From NCBI GenBank assembly GCA_963776345.1, contig CAVZMH010000014.1, forward strand, positions 98,973 to 162,972: DNA of 64,000 bases, given 5' to 3'. Every line of letters starts with the position of its first letter. The first letter of the stretch is position 1. The stretch comes from an uncultured delta proteobacterium (GTDB lineage: Bacteria > Myxococcota > Myxococcia > Myxococcales > Myxococcaceae). The position numbers were made by a program, and so were the translations under genes. The notes beneath the pieces were generated by a model that worked only from the letters and a program-made list of their open reading frames with translations, was not told the DNA's origin and ran no database searches. Of this stretch, positions 40,069 through 52,797 are shown piece by piece.

Positions 40069-41030
40069 ATGAAGCGTCCGTTATCTGATTTTCGGAGACA
40101 CAGCCAAGCGTTCGCTACGAGCGGTCGCTCGGCGCCTGCCACGAGGTGCGAAGCTGGTTATCCTTGACCAGATAGCCAACGATCTAGGCGAGTGGACGGC
40201 GCTGGCACGGATCGCTCCAAGCTGTCAGATTCACTCGCTGCGGGCAGTCGGCGAATACGGAATTGTAGAGGGTCCGGCGACTGACGCTGTTATTCTGGCT
40301 GAGTACGCTAGACGCGGCCACTGGGCCAAGCGCACAAATAATCTGATCAGAGAGTTCTTCGCAGGACGAGAAGGCTGTTACGTCGATGTTGGCGCAAACA
40401 TTGGCCTGACGACGCTTCCCATCGCCCAAAACAGAAATGTCCATTGCATTGCGATCGAAGCCGATCCGACAAATTACTCCCATCTCGAGGCCAACGTCGC
40501 AAGCCAATTGCCCCCATGGCAATGTAGCTCTTCACAAGATAGCTGTCTTCTCACACGCGACGCCCCTCCAGTTTGAGCTCTCGCCAAACAACTCAGGCGA
40601 TCATCGGCTGCGGACGCGAGCGAACCCGCGTCCGGGTCCCGATCGCGAGGAGCGCTGGAGAACCATCGAGGTTAGAGGCATGGCATTGGACGACATCGTC
40701 CCAGCGCATTCCATTACCCCCTTGGCGGTAAAGATAGACACGCAAGGAGCGGAGCCGTTTGTTGTTATGGGTGGTCCTCGCACGCTCGGCCAAGCCTCGC
40801 TCTTGGTAGTCGAATGGGCGCCCTACTGGCTCGCTCGACTCGGCGGAGATCCGGGGATCGTCACCACCTTTTTAGAGCGTTCGTTTACAGGGCTGGCGGT
40901 GGCGGAAGGCGAAAGCGGGTCCATCCCGCCTGCGGAGCCCGCTCGTCTTGTTACCGAACGCCTTCTGGAGATGGTTCGAAACTATATCGATGATCCCATG
41001 AAGTACGTCGACGTAATTGCCTATCGCTAA
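40069..41030 (+). CDS. FkbM-family methyltransferase, frameshifted; start uncertain
   Basis: YVDVGANIGLTT..IEADPTNY in one frame; VKIDTQGAEP in the next. Confidence 0.78.
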
Positions 41031-41089
41031 CGGCACTCTCGTCTATTTTCTTGGCGGCACCAACTTCTAGTTTATGTTTCTTCTGAGAA

Positions 41090-42346
41090 ATGATCGAAAG
41101 CACGCTCTTTTTTTGCCCAGTTTCCTTTCTTTCGCCATCGGCTGGCCTAGAGCGTCGAGCCGAGTTGATGTTCGACTACCTCCTTGATCGGTCCCGACAT
41201 CTCGCAGTCGTCTTGACTAACACTACACCACTAGCGGCACGCGGCATCGAGGAGAGACTCGGACCCAAGGGCTCGGTGACCGTTCTTGAAGCGAACCGAG
41301 GACGCCGCTCAAGGCTTCGCCGAAATGTCTTGCGAGCCTTTCATCATCTGGTCCGTGGCCGACTATCTCCGTTTGATTCAGAGGTCTTCTTGCCTCTCTC
41401 CCTTCGTCGCGGCTTCGGAAGCGTCGCCCGCTCCGTTTCTCCGACGTTGACAGTGATTACGCATATTTTGTATTCAGGGTTAATTTCAGAACTACCATCG
41501 CAGTCGGCATCGATCCTGGATCCAAATGACATTTACCAGCGCATTCATAGGGCATACGCCGACCGCACACCTCTCAAGGAAGCGTTTAGGGCATTGCGGT
41601 TTGGGTATCGAGAGGGCGAGGGGCTCGGTGACTCGGAGCGTAGGGTTCTCAGCCGTTACAATGGCGTCTTGGCGATTTCCCGCACCGACGAACGCATCTA
41701 CCGGTCGGCCGGCCTCAGTGCCGAGCAGGTCGGAGTTCTCGAGACGTGTGTCCGTGCCATTGCTCCCGCCCCATCGGCGAGCATCGGAAATAAGGATATA
41801 GATCTACTCTTCGTCGGCGCTAGATTTCCCGGCACCGAAATGGGCTTGGCATTTCTCATTCGCGACGTCATGTCCCGTCTCCACGGGCCACTGCGACTTG
41901 CCGTGGTGGGCGGAATTGGCGCGGCACTTGCTGACCATGCGGAATACGTTCCGGCATGGCACAAGATCGAAGCTCTAGGGATCGTGAAGGACGTTGAGCC
42001 CTTCTACTCTCGTAGCAAGATCGTGGTGATCCCTATTCCGGTCGGCACCGGAACCAGCGTAAAGACACAAGAGGCGTTTAGCCGCGGAGCGTGTGTCGTT
42101 GCGACGACTGCGGGCGCGCGCATCGATGGCGTCGTTAGTGAGGTGAATTGCTGCGTCCGAGATGAACCCGCTGACTTTGCGCGGGCTATCGAGGAGCTAC
42201 TTGAGAGCCCGAAGCGCCGCACGGAACTAGGGGCAGCCGCTCTCGCAACCGCTCGTCGACTTTATTCACAAGAATCTGTCTATTCCTACTTGGACAACTT
42301 CATTTCGAGGGTGACCGGCATCACGGTATGTTCGGTGACACCCTAA
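41090..42346 (+). CDS. Glycosyltransferase (GT4-like)
   Basis: LLFVG..VVIPIPVGTGTSVKTQEAFSRGACVVAT. Confidence 0.8.
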   Translation: MIESTLFFCPVSFLSPSAGLERRAELMFDYLLDRSRHLAVVLTNTTPLAARGIEERLGPKGSVTVLEANRGRRSRLRRNVLRAFHHLVRGRLSPFDSEVFLPLSLRRGFGSVARSVSPTLTVITHILYSGLISELPSQSASILDPNDIYQRIHRAYADRTPLKEAFRALRFGYREGEGLGDSERRVLSRYNGVLAISRTDERIYRSAGLSAEQVGVLETCVRAIAPAPSASIGNKDIDLLFVGARFPGTEMGLAFLIRDVMSRLHGPLRLAVVGGIGAALADHAEYVPAWHKIEALGIVKDVEPFYSRSKIVVIPIPVGTGTSVKTQEAFSRGACVVATTAGARIDGVVSEVNCCVRDEPADFARAIEELLESPKRRTELGAAALATARRLYSQESVYSYLDNFISRVTGITVCSVTP

Positions 42347-42628
42347 GAGCGGGTCGGGACGAGCAAGTGGGGAGTCGTGGGGCTCTCGGACCGTTCGAGG
42401 CGACCGACGCGCGTGCCCGCGGTGCAAACGGCTAGGCACTTCGCCTTGAGAGGTCCTGGCGGCAGTGCTACCCTCCGACGTAGGTGTTTGCTGTACAACC
42501 GGTATCGACGCACAAGGTCCGAGCAAAACAAAGAACGGAAGTCGCATAGTGAGCAACTTATTCCTGAAAGGATTAGCGTGAGCACCGCCAGTCTCCGGGG
42601 ATCGACTTCTTCGCTTGCAGTGACACGA

Positions 42629-43375
42629 ATGCTCGTGAATCCGCTAGTTCGTAGCATGAAGGAGTGGATCCGCCCGAAGCTGCGTTCGCTCGGCGTGGAT
42701 GTCATCGCTTTTGGCCCCAGCACAAGCGTGATAGCAAGGCGTATTCGCCTTTTGCGCCATCATAAGATTCAACTGGTGCTCGATATAGGCGCCAATGAGG
42801 GGCAGTATGGGGCGGCCCTGCGAGAGGCTGGCTTCGAGGGCCTGCTCATTTCCTTTGAGCCCTTGGCCGAAGCCTTTGCGCGTCTCCAAAAGCGAGCATC
42901 AGGTGATTCCCGCTGGAGTTGCGTTAACCTGGCAATTGCTGACACATCAGGAACGATGCGCTTCAATGTGGACGGGGCAGATGGGCAGTGCAGTTCGTTC
43001 CTCAGGATGGTCCGAGCGTTTGAACAGGACCTCGAGGTGCCTCACCGGCACCACTCGGTGAGAGACGTGAATACGCTCACTCTCGACGAGGCCATGGTGC
43101 GCTTCGTTCCGCCGGAGATTAGGCCGTTTGTAAAGATGGACGTACAGGGCTTTGAGGGCCGGATTATCGCTGCAGCCACTAGTTCGCTGGAACGCATCGC
43201 GGGCTTCCAATTGGAGCTCTCGCTATTGCCACTCTACGAAGACGAGATATTGCTCCCAGAGATGGCGAGCAGTTTGGCTGAGAAAGGATACGCGTTTGAA
43301 TCCATCGAGCCTGGAAACACGGATCTCGCTACGGGTCGACTTTTGCAGGCTGACTGTTTGTTCTTCAGACGGTAG
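42629..43375 (+). CDS. FkbM-family methyltransferase
   Basis: LDIGANEGQY..ISFEP..FVKMDVQGFE..QLELSLLPLYE..LLQADCLF. Confidence 0.9.
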   Translation: MLVNPLVRSMKEWIRPKLRSLGVDVIAFGPSTSVIARRIRLLRHHKIQLVLDIGANEGQYGAALREAGFEGLLISFEPLAEAFARLQKRASGDSRWSCVNLAIADTSGTMRFNVDGADGQCSSFLRMVRAFEQDLEVPHRHHSVRDVNTLTLDEAMVRFVPPEIRPFVKMDVQGFEGRIIAAATSSLERIAGFQLELSLLPLYEDEILLPEMASSLAEKGYAFESIEPGNTDLATGRLLQADCLFFRR

Positions 43376-43599
43376 AGACTGATGCCCAACGGCTGAGGGG
43401 CCTCCTGCATGTTGACACTTTGCCGGTGCCAACCGGAATCGGCAGAGGCACGACCTTCGTCCTCGTATCGGATGGCTCCACGTCTTCCACGAAGCCCGGC
43501 GCTTCGAGGGAAAGGCACGTTGCGAGGGACGCAGGGCCCCAACCAGGGCGATCTGAGCGGACCGCGAGGGATGCGGTATCACCTCGAGGCCTTCGCCCC

Positions 43600-43685
43600 C
43601 ACGTACAGGTGCGTCCTGGCGTCGTGCCGGCGCCTCCTCCCCTGGGGCGACGACCGAGGCGGCTTCCTGCCCCGTGGCGCCGGGG
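43600..43685 (+). mobile_element. Short decayed IS91-like remnant
   Basis: GTCGTGCCGGCGC.TCCTCCC..ACCGAGGCGGCTTCCTGCCCCGTGGCGCCGG matches 33661-33724. Confidence 0.65.
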
Positions 43686-43806
43686 CGTGTCGGCGAATGA
43701 GCGAGCGCCTCAGCACCCGCGGTAGAGTCGTTCCATCGGGTCAGCTCCAACCGCTGCTGGACGCGATGCACAGCGAGCGATCCCTTGTTCTCAACGGAGG
43801 AATCGG

Positions 43807-44448
43807 GTGACGGTCGAGCAAGCGCTCTGGGTTGCGGTGGCCACGCTGAGCGCCGTGAACATCTTGTTCGCCTTGCGTGGCCGAGGCGCAAAGACCTGGC
43901 TCCTTAGACGTCTGCGGCTAGTACCGGAAACTCCTCCGATCGAAGACGACTCGCAGCACCCGGAGCGCCTGGCGGTTCTTCCTTACTGCGTGGGCCGGGG
44001 GATCGACGTCGGTTGTGGTTACCGCAAGACCACGCCGGAATGCATCGGGGTGGACATCGTCCCCCGAGGCGAGCCTGGACGTGCCGGTTGCGTCGCTGGT
44101 CGCCCGAGCGCCGCAGATGTCTGCGCCTCGGGAGACGCTCTCACGATGTTCCGGGACGGGGAGCTGGATTTCGTGGTCGCCCGGCACAACCTCGAGCACT
44201 ACGTCGATCCCGTCAAAGCACTCCAGGAATGGAAGCGGGTACTTCGACCAGGAGGTTCACTCGCCGTGCTTGTGCCCGACGAACGCGCCCTGAACACGAT
44301 TGCACTGGACCCGACCCACAAACACGTCTTCACCCCCGAGAGCTTGACTCGCATGGTCAACCTCATCGGCGGACTTCGGATAGTCAAGGTCGAGACCGTC
44401 GTGTCCGATTGGTCATTCCTCTGTGTTTGCGAGCGAGAGGACGGGTAG
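43807..44448 (+). CDS. SAM-dependent methyltransferase (type 11) with N-terminal TM
   Basis: GIDVGCG, DFVVARHNLEH, EWKRVLRPGG. Confidence 0.87.
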   Translation: MTVEQALWVAVATLSAVNILFALRGRGAKTWLLRRLRLVPETPPIEDDSQHPERLAVLPYCVGRGIDVGCGYRKTTPECIGVDIVPRGEPGRAGCVAGRPSAADVCASGDALTMFRDGELDFVVARHNLEHYVDPVKALQEWKRVLRPGGSLAVLVPDERALNTIALDPTHKHVFTPESLTRMVNLIGGLRIVKVETVVSDWSFLCVCEREDG

Positions 44449-44454
44449 AGGGCG

Positions 44455-46005
44455 TTGCGCCTCGCGCTGTTCGTCCGGGCGACCTCCTGGAGCCTGGTCG
44501 GGGTGATCCTGAGCACGCTGCTCGGGCTCTTCGTCACCTCGCGGGTGATCCACACGCTCGGAAGTGAGAGCTGGGGAGCCTGGGCGATGTGCCTTCAGAT
44601 CGTTGCCTATCTGTCCTTGGCCGAGCTGGGAGTCCTTAGCCTCGTCCCCAGGGACCTGGCCGCAGCGAGGGGAATGGCGAGACCGCCCGAGGACCTGGCC
44701 GCGCTTCTGGCATCGGCGACCCGAAGTGCCATCCTCCAAGCGGCGCTAGCGGCCCTGGCGTTCGATGCGTGGCTGCTGTGGGCGCGCCCTGCCTGGATTC
44801 CCCCGGTTGCGGTGTTGCCTCTGGCCATCGCCGGCAACGCCTCGGCGCTGTCGATGCCGCTCCGGGTCCCGGCTCAGGCATTGGCGGCCCATTTCGACGT
44901 GGATTTCGTCGCCCTCCTCGGGTCGGGAACCACGCTGTTCAACGCCATGGCCTCGCTCCTGGTGGTCCTCGCGGGAGGTGGCCTGTCTGGCCTGGCAATC
45001 GTGTGGGGAGCAACGCAGCTCGGGGCCGGAGTCGCCGGTCTTGCACGGCTGCGGCGCCTCTCGCCGGTCCTGGTTCCCTCGTGGTCTGCCATCCGGAAGG
45101 CACGGAGTGCCGTGTCGAGTCGGAACGGGTGGCTGTTGATCGGGCAGATCTGCCACGTCGTCCTCAACGCGACCGACACCCTCTTGATCGGTCGAGCCCT
45201 GGGGGCTGCGCAGGTGGCCACTTACACCTGCACCGACCAGGCTCTCACCGTCGCCGCCTCGCTTCCCGGGTCCGCCTCGCAGGCGGCAGGGCCGTTCCTG
45301 GCCGAAGCCTCGTCCCGTGACCCCGCGCGCGGAGGGCGAGCCGCGGTTGGTCTTCTGGTCCTGGTTCTCTGCATTTCGGGCTGGATTGCCGCCTCCGTTG
45401 TTGCCGCCAACGCAGCTTTCGTGAAGCTATGGGTCGGCCCTGCCCAGTACGGTGGATTGGCGCTGACCGTCGCCCTCGCGGTTGCGTTTGTCGTCGCCCA
45501 GTTGAGTGGAGCTCTCGTCCAGATTGTCTTCTACCTTGGGGACGTCCGGACTGGCACCCTGACGGGGGTGGCAAGTAGCGCGTTATTCCTGGTGCTCTGC
45601 CAGCTGCTGCTTCCGCGAGTGGGAAGCGTGGCCGCTCCGGCTTCGCTGGCAGCGAGCGTCGCATTGACGGCGGTGCCCTTCCTGCTCGCGTCGACCTGGA
45701 CGCGCACCCGTGGCTTCGAAGGACGCGCGGCAGTCCTGCTGGGCTGGGCCGTACGCTTCCTCGTGCTTCTGGGCCTGTCTTCAGTCATCGGTGCGCACTG
45801 GTCAAGCCGCAGCCTCTGGGACTTTCTCGTTGCGGTCGCTCTCGCCACCCTCGCCAGCGCCGTGCTCTTTGGCGGTTACCTCTATCGTGAGCCCTTGCGA
45901 TCTTTGGTTCTCGCGAGGCTGGTGGAGAGAGGCTCGAGTCGCTGGCTGGGCCCGGCGCTTCTCAAGTTGGAGTGGCCTGCACTCCTTCTTCACCGGGTCC
46001 TTTGA
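44455..46005 (+). CDS. wzx: Polysaccharide flippase (Wzx/MATE-like)
   Basis: About 12-14 hydrophobic segments; LGSESWGAW; TDTLLIGRALGAAQVATY. Confidence 0.75.
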   Translation: MRLALFVRATSWSLVGVILSTLLGLFVTSRVIHTLGSESWGAWAMCLQIVAYLSLAELGVLSLVPRDLAAARGMARPPEDLAALLASATRSAILQAALAALAFDAWLLWARPAWIPPVAVLPLAIAGNASALSMPLRVPAQALAAHFDVDFVALLGSGTTLFNAMASLLVVLAGGGLSGLAIVWGATQLGAGVAGLARLRRLSPVLVPSWSAIRKARSAVSSRNGWLLIGQICHVVLNATDTLLIGRALGAAQVATYTCTDQALTVAASLPGSASQAAGPFLAEASSRDPARGGRAAVGLLVLVLCISGWIAASVVAANAAFVKLWVGPAQYGGLALTVALAVAFVVAQLSGALVQIVFYLGDVRTGTLTGVASSALFLVLCQLLLPRVGSVAAPASLAASVALTAVPFLLASTWTRTRGFEGRAAVLLGWAVRFLVLLGLSSVIGAHWSSRSLWDFLVAVALATLASAVLFGGYLYREPLRSLVLARLVERGSSRWLGPALLKLEWPALLLHRVL

Positions 46006-47679
46006 TCGCTCGACCCGAGATCTCCGCCATCGTCGACGGACCAAAGGCTCTCCGGTCGCTCGCCCGAGTGAGCGGCGTGCCACGAGAGCAGCCTCTTCGG
46101 ACGGCCAGAGGTGCACCAGAAGCAGGGTCGGACATCCGCCGGGGCAAGCCAGACCTCTGAGAGCAAGGCACGAGCGGCTTTGTCGCCATCCGTGTCGCGG
46201 TAGGTCACCTCGTGAATCGCCAGCATGCCGATCAGACAGGCTGCGCTCAAGGCCGCGGCAATGCCGCGTCCGTGGCTCAGGGAGGCGCCAGAAGCCGACG
46301 TACAGAGAAAGGCTCAACACCGCGAGCACGAAGAGCAGACCGGAGAAGGGGTTGACGAGACCCAGGAAGACCGGCCACGGACGGGACGAGATCGCCCGCC
46401 CTGGCGAGCGGAAGCACCAGCCCGAAGAGCGCTTCCGAGACGTTGTCCGGGACGTAGTTGACGAGGGTGATGAGCCCGGTGGTCAGGATCGAGCTCGCGA
46501 GAAGACCGCGGGAGAGACCGAGGACGACCGGACTCGACGCCGCGCTGCAAGAAGAGCGCGCTCGGGAAGGAGCATGAACGGGACGAGCCCGGTCATGTGC
46601 CGCGGTCCCGTCGTCCAACCCCAGGATTCGTAGCTGAAGCTCGCAGTGAAGTAGAGGTACCCCAGAATCAGCAAGACGGTGAAGACCGTGATCGCGGCCA
46701 GCTCGGGTGCTTCGCCGCGTGCACGCCACATCCGGCGAAGGCCCAGGACGCCGAGCAGCAAGCCTGGCGACAGCACGAAGAGCCCACGTAGCGGCGAGAA
46801 GAGCGACAGGAAGAAGGCGCGTGGGTCGGGCGTGCGGATTCCGAGGAATCCGCCGAGATGCCACGGCTGGTACGCAGCGTCCGCAAGGTGCCGGTAACCC
46901 GTTTCGAGCGGTCCGCCGAAGCACTCCGTGTGGTACGCAGCGAGAAGCGCCAGTGGCACCACCGAACCTGCCGCGAAGAGCGCCAGCGCCAGGGCACGGC
47001 GCCTCGTGTGTGTACTTCCGTGCCAGCAGGACGTAGACGCCAAGGAGCCCGGCCCCCATCGCTGTCGTGTACTCCGCGACCACGGCCAGCGCAGCGACGA
47101 AACCCGAGAGCACGAGCCAGCCGTCGCTTGGTCCTCTCGCGAGACCAACGCCAGACGAGGAAGAAGGCGACGAAGAGCAAAGTCGCAGACGTCTGATGGC
47201 TGAGGAACTGGAGCGAGTAGCTGAACGCCAGCGTGCCCAGCGCGTAGAACACCACGACGAGGTCGGCGACATCACGACTCGTGTACGTGACGAGTAGCCG
47301 GAAACAGCAGGAGCAGCGAGCCGAGTGTCGGAAGAACCGTGAGGAAAAACCGGGAGAAGAAGACCAGCGGGATCTCCGGAACGCTCCCGATGCGTCCGCC
47401 GGCGAGGGTGCGCAAGAACCCAGTACACCGGCGCCGCGGCGTACGAGAGGAGAGGCGCCTTCGAGGGGTAGTAACGGCCCGCACGGACCGAGAGGTCTCC
47501 GATTGGCCCATACACCCGCATTGCACGGTTGAGACTCGGTTCACCGAAGTCGATCAGCGCCCGTGCTTGCATGAGGCGGCTGAGCTCGTTCGGGCTCCGC
47601 AGCCCAGGGTGGTACGGGAACGCGAGCAGGTAGGTGGCCGCGACGGTGCCGTAGACGAGTCGACGGCGGGTACGGTCAG

Positions 47680-47680
<1 letters not shown>
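45990..47680 (-). CDS. Polytopic membrane protein, GT-C-like; multiple frameshifts, ends approximate
   Basis: PNELSRLMQARAL..YYPSKAPLLS..LGTLAFSYS..FSPLRGLF..WGWTTGPRHM across frames. Confidence 0.55.
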
Positions 47681-49349
<1,669 letters not shown>

Positions 49350-49480
49350 GGCTCCGCTGTACCACACGCGCCGGGCCGGCCCGGCGGGAAGCTCGGCCCG
49401 AATTGACCGATTTGCGGCGTCGAGGCACTCTCGGAGATCGGTCCGGAGCCTCGAAGTCGCGCCGCCCTCAAGGAGTTCGA

Positions 49481-51651
49481 GTGAATCTCAGTTCGGGTTC
49501 GTCCGGAATCGACCTGCAGGCGATCTGGCACGTCGCGGTGCGCCGCCGCTGGGTCATCCTCGCAACAGCCGTGACGCTGTTCAGTGCAGTCGCCCTCCAC
49601 ACGCTGCGGCAGCCGAAGGTCTACGGAGCAACGACGTCGATCGTGATCGACGCATCGGCCCCGAGGGTCCTCGACGCTCAAGTGGCCGATGTCTCCGAGT
49701 CGGGCGTCAGGCGGCTACTGGTACAGCAAGGAGTACACCGAGACGCAGACGAGGATCATCACCAGCCGGGCGGTCTCCGAGCGCGCGGTGGAGAAGCTCG
49801 GGCTTCAAAACGATGCAGCCTTCCTGGGCGTTGCCTCCATTCAGGACCCCAAGGCTCGCGAAGCCGCCATGCGCTCTGCCGATGCGGCGGGGCTTCTCCA
49901 GAGCAAGGTCACCGTCATTCCCGTCAAGGACACTCGGATCGTGAATGTCCGGGTCGAGGATCTCGACCCGAAGCGGGCAGCGCTGCTCGCGAACGAGGTC
50001 GCGGAAGCTTACATCGCCGAGAACCCTGGCGCTCCGGTTGCGAATCTCGGAATCAGCAAATCGATGGCTCGAAGACCGGCTCGCCGAGCTCGAGCAGCGA
50101 ACGAAGCACAGCGAGATCGCCGTCTACGACTTCAAGAAGGATGCTGACATGCTCACCACCTCTCTCGAGGACCGGGCGAGCATCGTGTCTCAGCGCCTGA
50201 CCAGCGTTCAACGGTGCGCTGACCGAGATCCAGACGAAGGTCGCTGGCCTCAAGGCGCGCGTGGAGGCGATTGACACCCTTCGTCGTTCAGCCGACCCCA
50301 CCAGGGACCCGGCGTGGGCGGACGTGCTTGCGGCCAGCGCAGGTCCCGGACCATTGACAGCGCTCAAGTCACGCTTCTTGCAGGAAAAGGCGGACTGCGC
50401 GGCGCTCGCGGAACGCTACCTTCCCGATCACCCCAAGCTCGCCGCCTGCCTCCAGAAGGTCGGTGAAGCACGCAGCGACCTCATTCACGAGCTCGAGAAC
50501 GTGGTGAAGGGGGCACAGCTCGAGCTCACCGAGGCTCTTGCCAGAGAGCGGAATCTGCAGAGTCTGCTCGACGCCACGAAGGCCGAGGCATTCGAGGTGA
50601 ACAAGCGACAGATCGAGTTCGAACGGCTGAAGCGGGAGGCCGACAACAACCAACGTCTCTACGACATGGTCCTCAAGCGATTGAAGGACACCGAGCTGTC
50701 AGGAATGCTTCGAACGAGCAACGCCCGTGTGCTCGACGCCGCGCGTCCGAACCCCAGCCCGCTGCGACCCAACGTCCGGAACAACCTCATGCTCGGCCTG
50801 CTGCTGGGTCTCCTTGGAGGGCTCGGCCTCGCCTTCGGGCTCGAGCAGCTCGATACCACGGTCAAGTCTCAGGCAGACCTCGAAGAGAAGGTCGGAGTCG
50901 CGTTCCTCGGTGTACTGCCTCACATCGCGCCGGAGAAGGATGCGCCCGCTGACGACCTCGATCTGTACGTCTTCCGTCATCCCAAGTCGACGGTTGCCGA
51001 GGCGTGCCGAGCCGTTCGAACGAATCTCCTCTTCATGTCGCCAGACAGGCCTCTGAGGACGATCCTCGTCACCTCGAGCGGACCGCGGGAAGGCAAGAGC
51101 ACCACAGCGATTGCGACCGCGCTCGCCATGGCCCAGAGCGGCGGTCGTGTCCTCCTCGTTGATACCGACATGCGACGGCCCCGGCTTCACCGGGCGCTCG
51201 GTGTGCCGAATGACAAGGGGGTCAGCTCCGTTCTCGTCGGAGATGCGAAGCTCGAGGATGTGATCAAGAGCACCGAAGTGCCGGGGTTGTTTCTGATCCC
51301 GAGCGGGCCAATCCCGCCCAACCCCGCCGAGCTCTTCCATACGAAAGCGTTCCGGGAGTTTGTCGAGACCGTTGAGAGTCGATTCGATCGCGTCATCTTC
51401 GACAGCCCGCCGGTCAATGCCGTGGCCGACTCCGCTGTTCTCGCGACCCAGGTCGATGGGACGCTCCTCGTGGTTCGCACGGATGCAACGCACAAGGCCA
51501 TGGCCCGTCGTGCGTCTGAGAGTCCTCACGCGACGTCAAAGCCAAGGTCCTTGGCGCTGTGCTCAACGACGTCGAGCTGCGAGACAAGAAGTACGGCTCG
51601 CTCTACGCGGCTTACGCGGCGGAGTACCTCGAGTCGCGCGAGGGCGCCTGA
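49481..51651 (+). CDS. wzc: Polysaccharide co-polymerase / BY-kinase, frameshifted
   Basis: N-terminal TM, YLPDHP coiled coil, second TM, EACRAVRTNL, TSSGPREGKST, DTDMRRP, FDSPP, Tyr-containing tail. Confidence 0.9.
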
Positions 51652-51659
51652 GCGCTGAC

Positions 51660-52797
51660 ATGCGCGTCCTGCAGCTCGGCAAGTACTACGAGCCCTATGT
51701 CGGCGGAATCGAGACTCATCTCGGTCTCCTCGCCGAGGGGCTCGTCTCGAGAGGAGTGGAGGTCGAGGTCCTGGTCCACAACCATGGGCGAAGGACGGTT
51801 CGCCATGCTGTCCGGGGCGTTCCCGTCACTCGGGTGGGCGCGCTGGCCCGCCTGATGTCCACCGAGCTTTCGCCTCGGCTGGTGACGGAGCTGTCGCGTT
51901 CCTACGACATCCTGCATCTGCACACGCCGCATCCGATGGGGATGCTCGCTTATCTCGGCGGCACGGAAACCTCGCCACACCCTGGTGGTCACCCACCATA
52001 GCGACATCGTGAGACAGGCACGGGTAGGTGCCATCCTCAGGCCACTCTTCAAGGAAGTGATGTCGCGAGCCGACGCTGTCATCGCCACGTCAACGGCCTA
52101 TCTCGAAAGCTCGCAGGAACTCGGGCCCGTCAGGGACAAGGTCCAGGTGATTCCTTACGGGATCGACCTGACGCGCTTTTCACCTGCGCTTCGCGAGTCC
52201 AGAGACGCTCGTACGCTTCGGGCGCAGTTCGGAGAGCGCCTGATCCTGGCTGCGGGGAGGCTCATCTATTACAAGGGGTTCGAAGTCCTGCTCGATGCGC
52301 TGCGTCGGATCAGAGGACACCTTCTCCTGGTTGGAGATGGACCGCTGCGTGCCGCGCTCGAGAACAAGGCCCAGCGACTGGGTGTGAAGGACCGCGTGAC
52401 ATTCCTCGGCTCGATCCCCAACGGGCAGATGGGTGCCTTCTACGGTGCAGCAAGCGTGTTCGCGCTCCCGTCGACAGCGAGGAGTGAGGCTTTCGGTATC
52501 GTCCAGATCGAAGCGCTTGCGTCCGGATTGCCAGTCGTCAACACCGCGCTCGCATCGGGCGTTCCGTACGTGAGCGTCAACGAGCAAACGGGCCTGACGG
52601 TGGAGCCGAATGATCCTGACCAGCTCGCTCGAGCCCTGAACCGTCTCCTCGACGATCCAGGCCTCGCATCGCGGCTCGGGGCGGCGGCGCGCGAGCGCGC
52701 CCTGGCCTTGTTCACGTCGGAGCGGATGGTGGAGGAGACCTGGCGCCTCTACCGCAACCTCCGAGAGCCGATGAGACGGACGCTCACATGGGCTTGA
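51660..52797 (+). CDS. GT4 glycosyltransferase (frameshift near 51960)
   Basis: MRVLQLGKYYEPYVGGIE; GRLIYYKG; SEAFGIVQIEALASGLPVV. Confidence 0.9.

Noticed and set aside
28216..43685. Integron with attC cassettes
   Set aside because: No tyrosine integrase and no RYYYAAC..GTTRRRY sites were seen; the repeats translate to Y2 transposase sequence.
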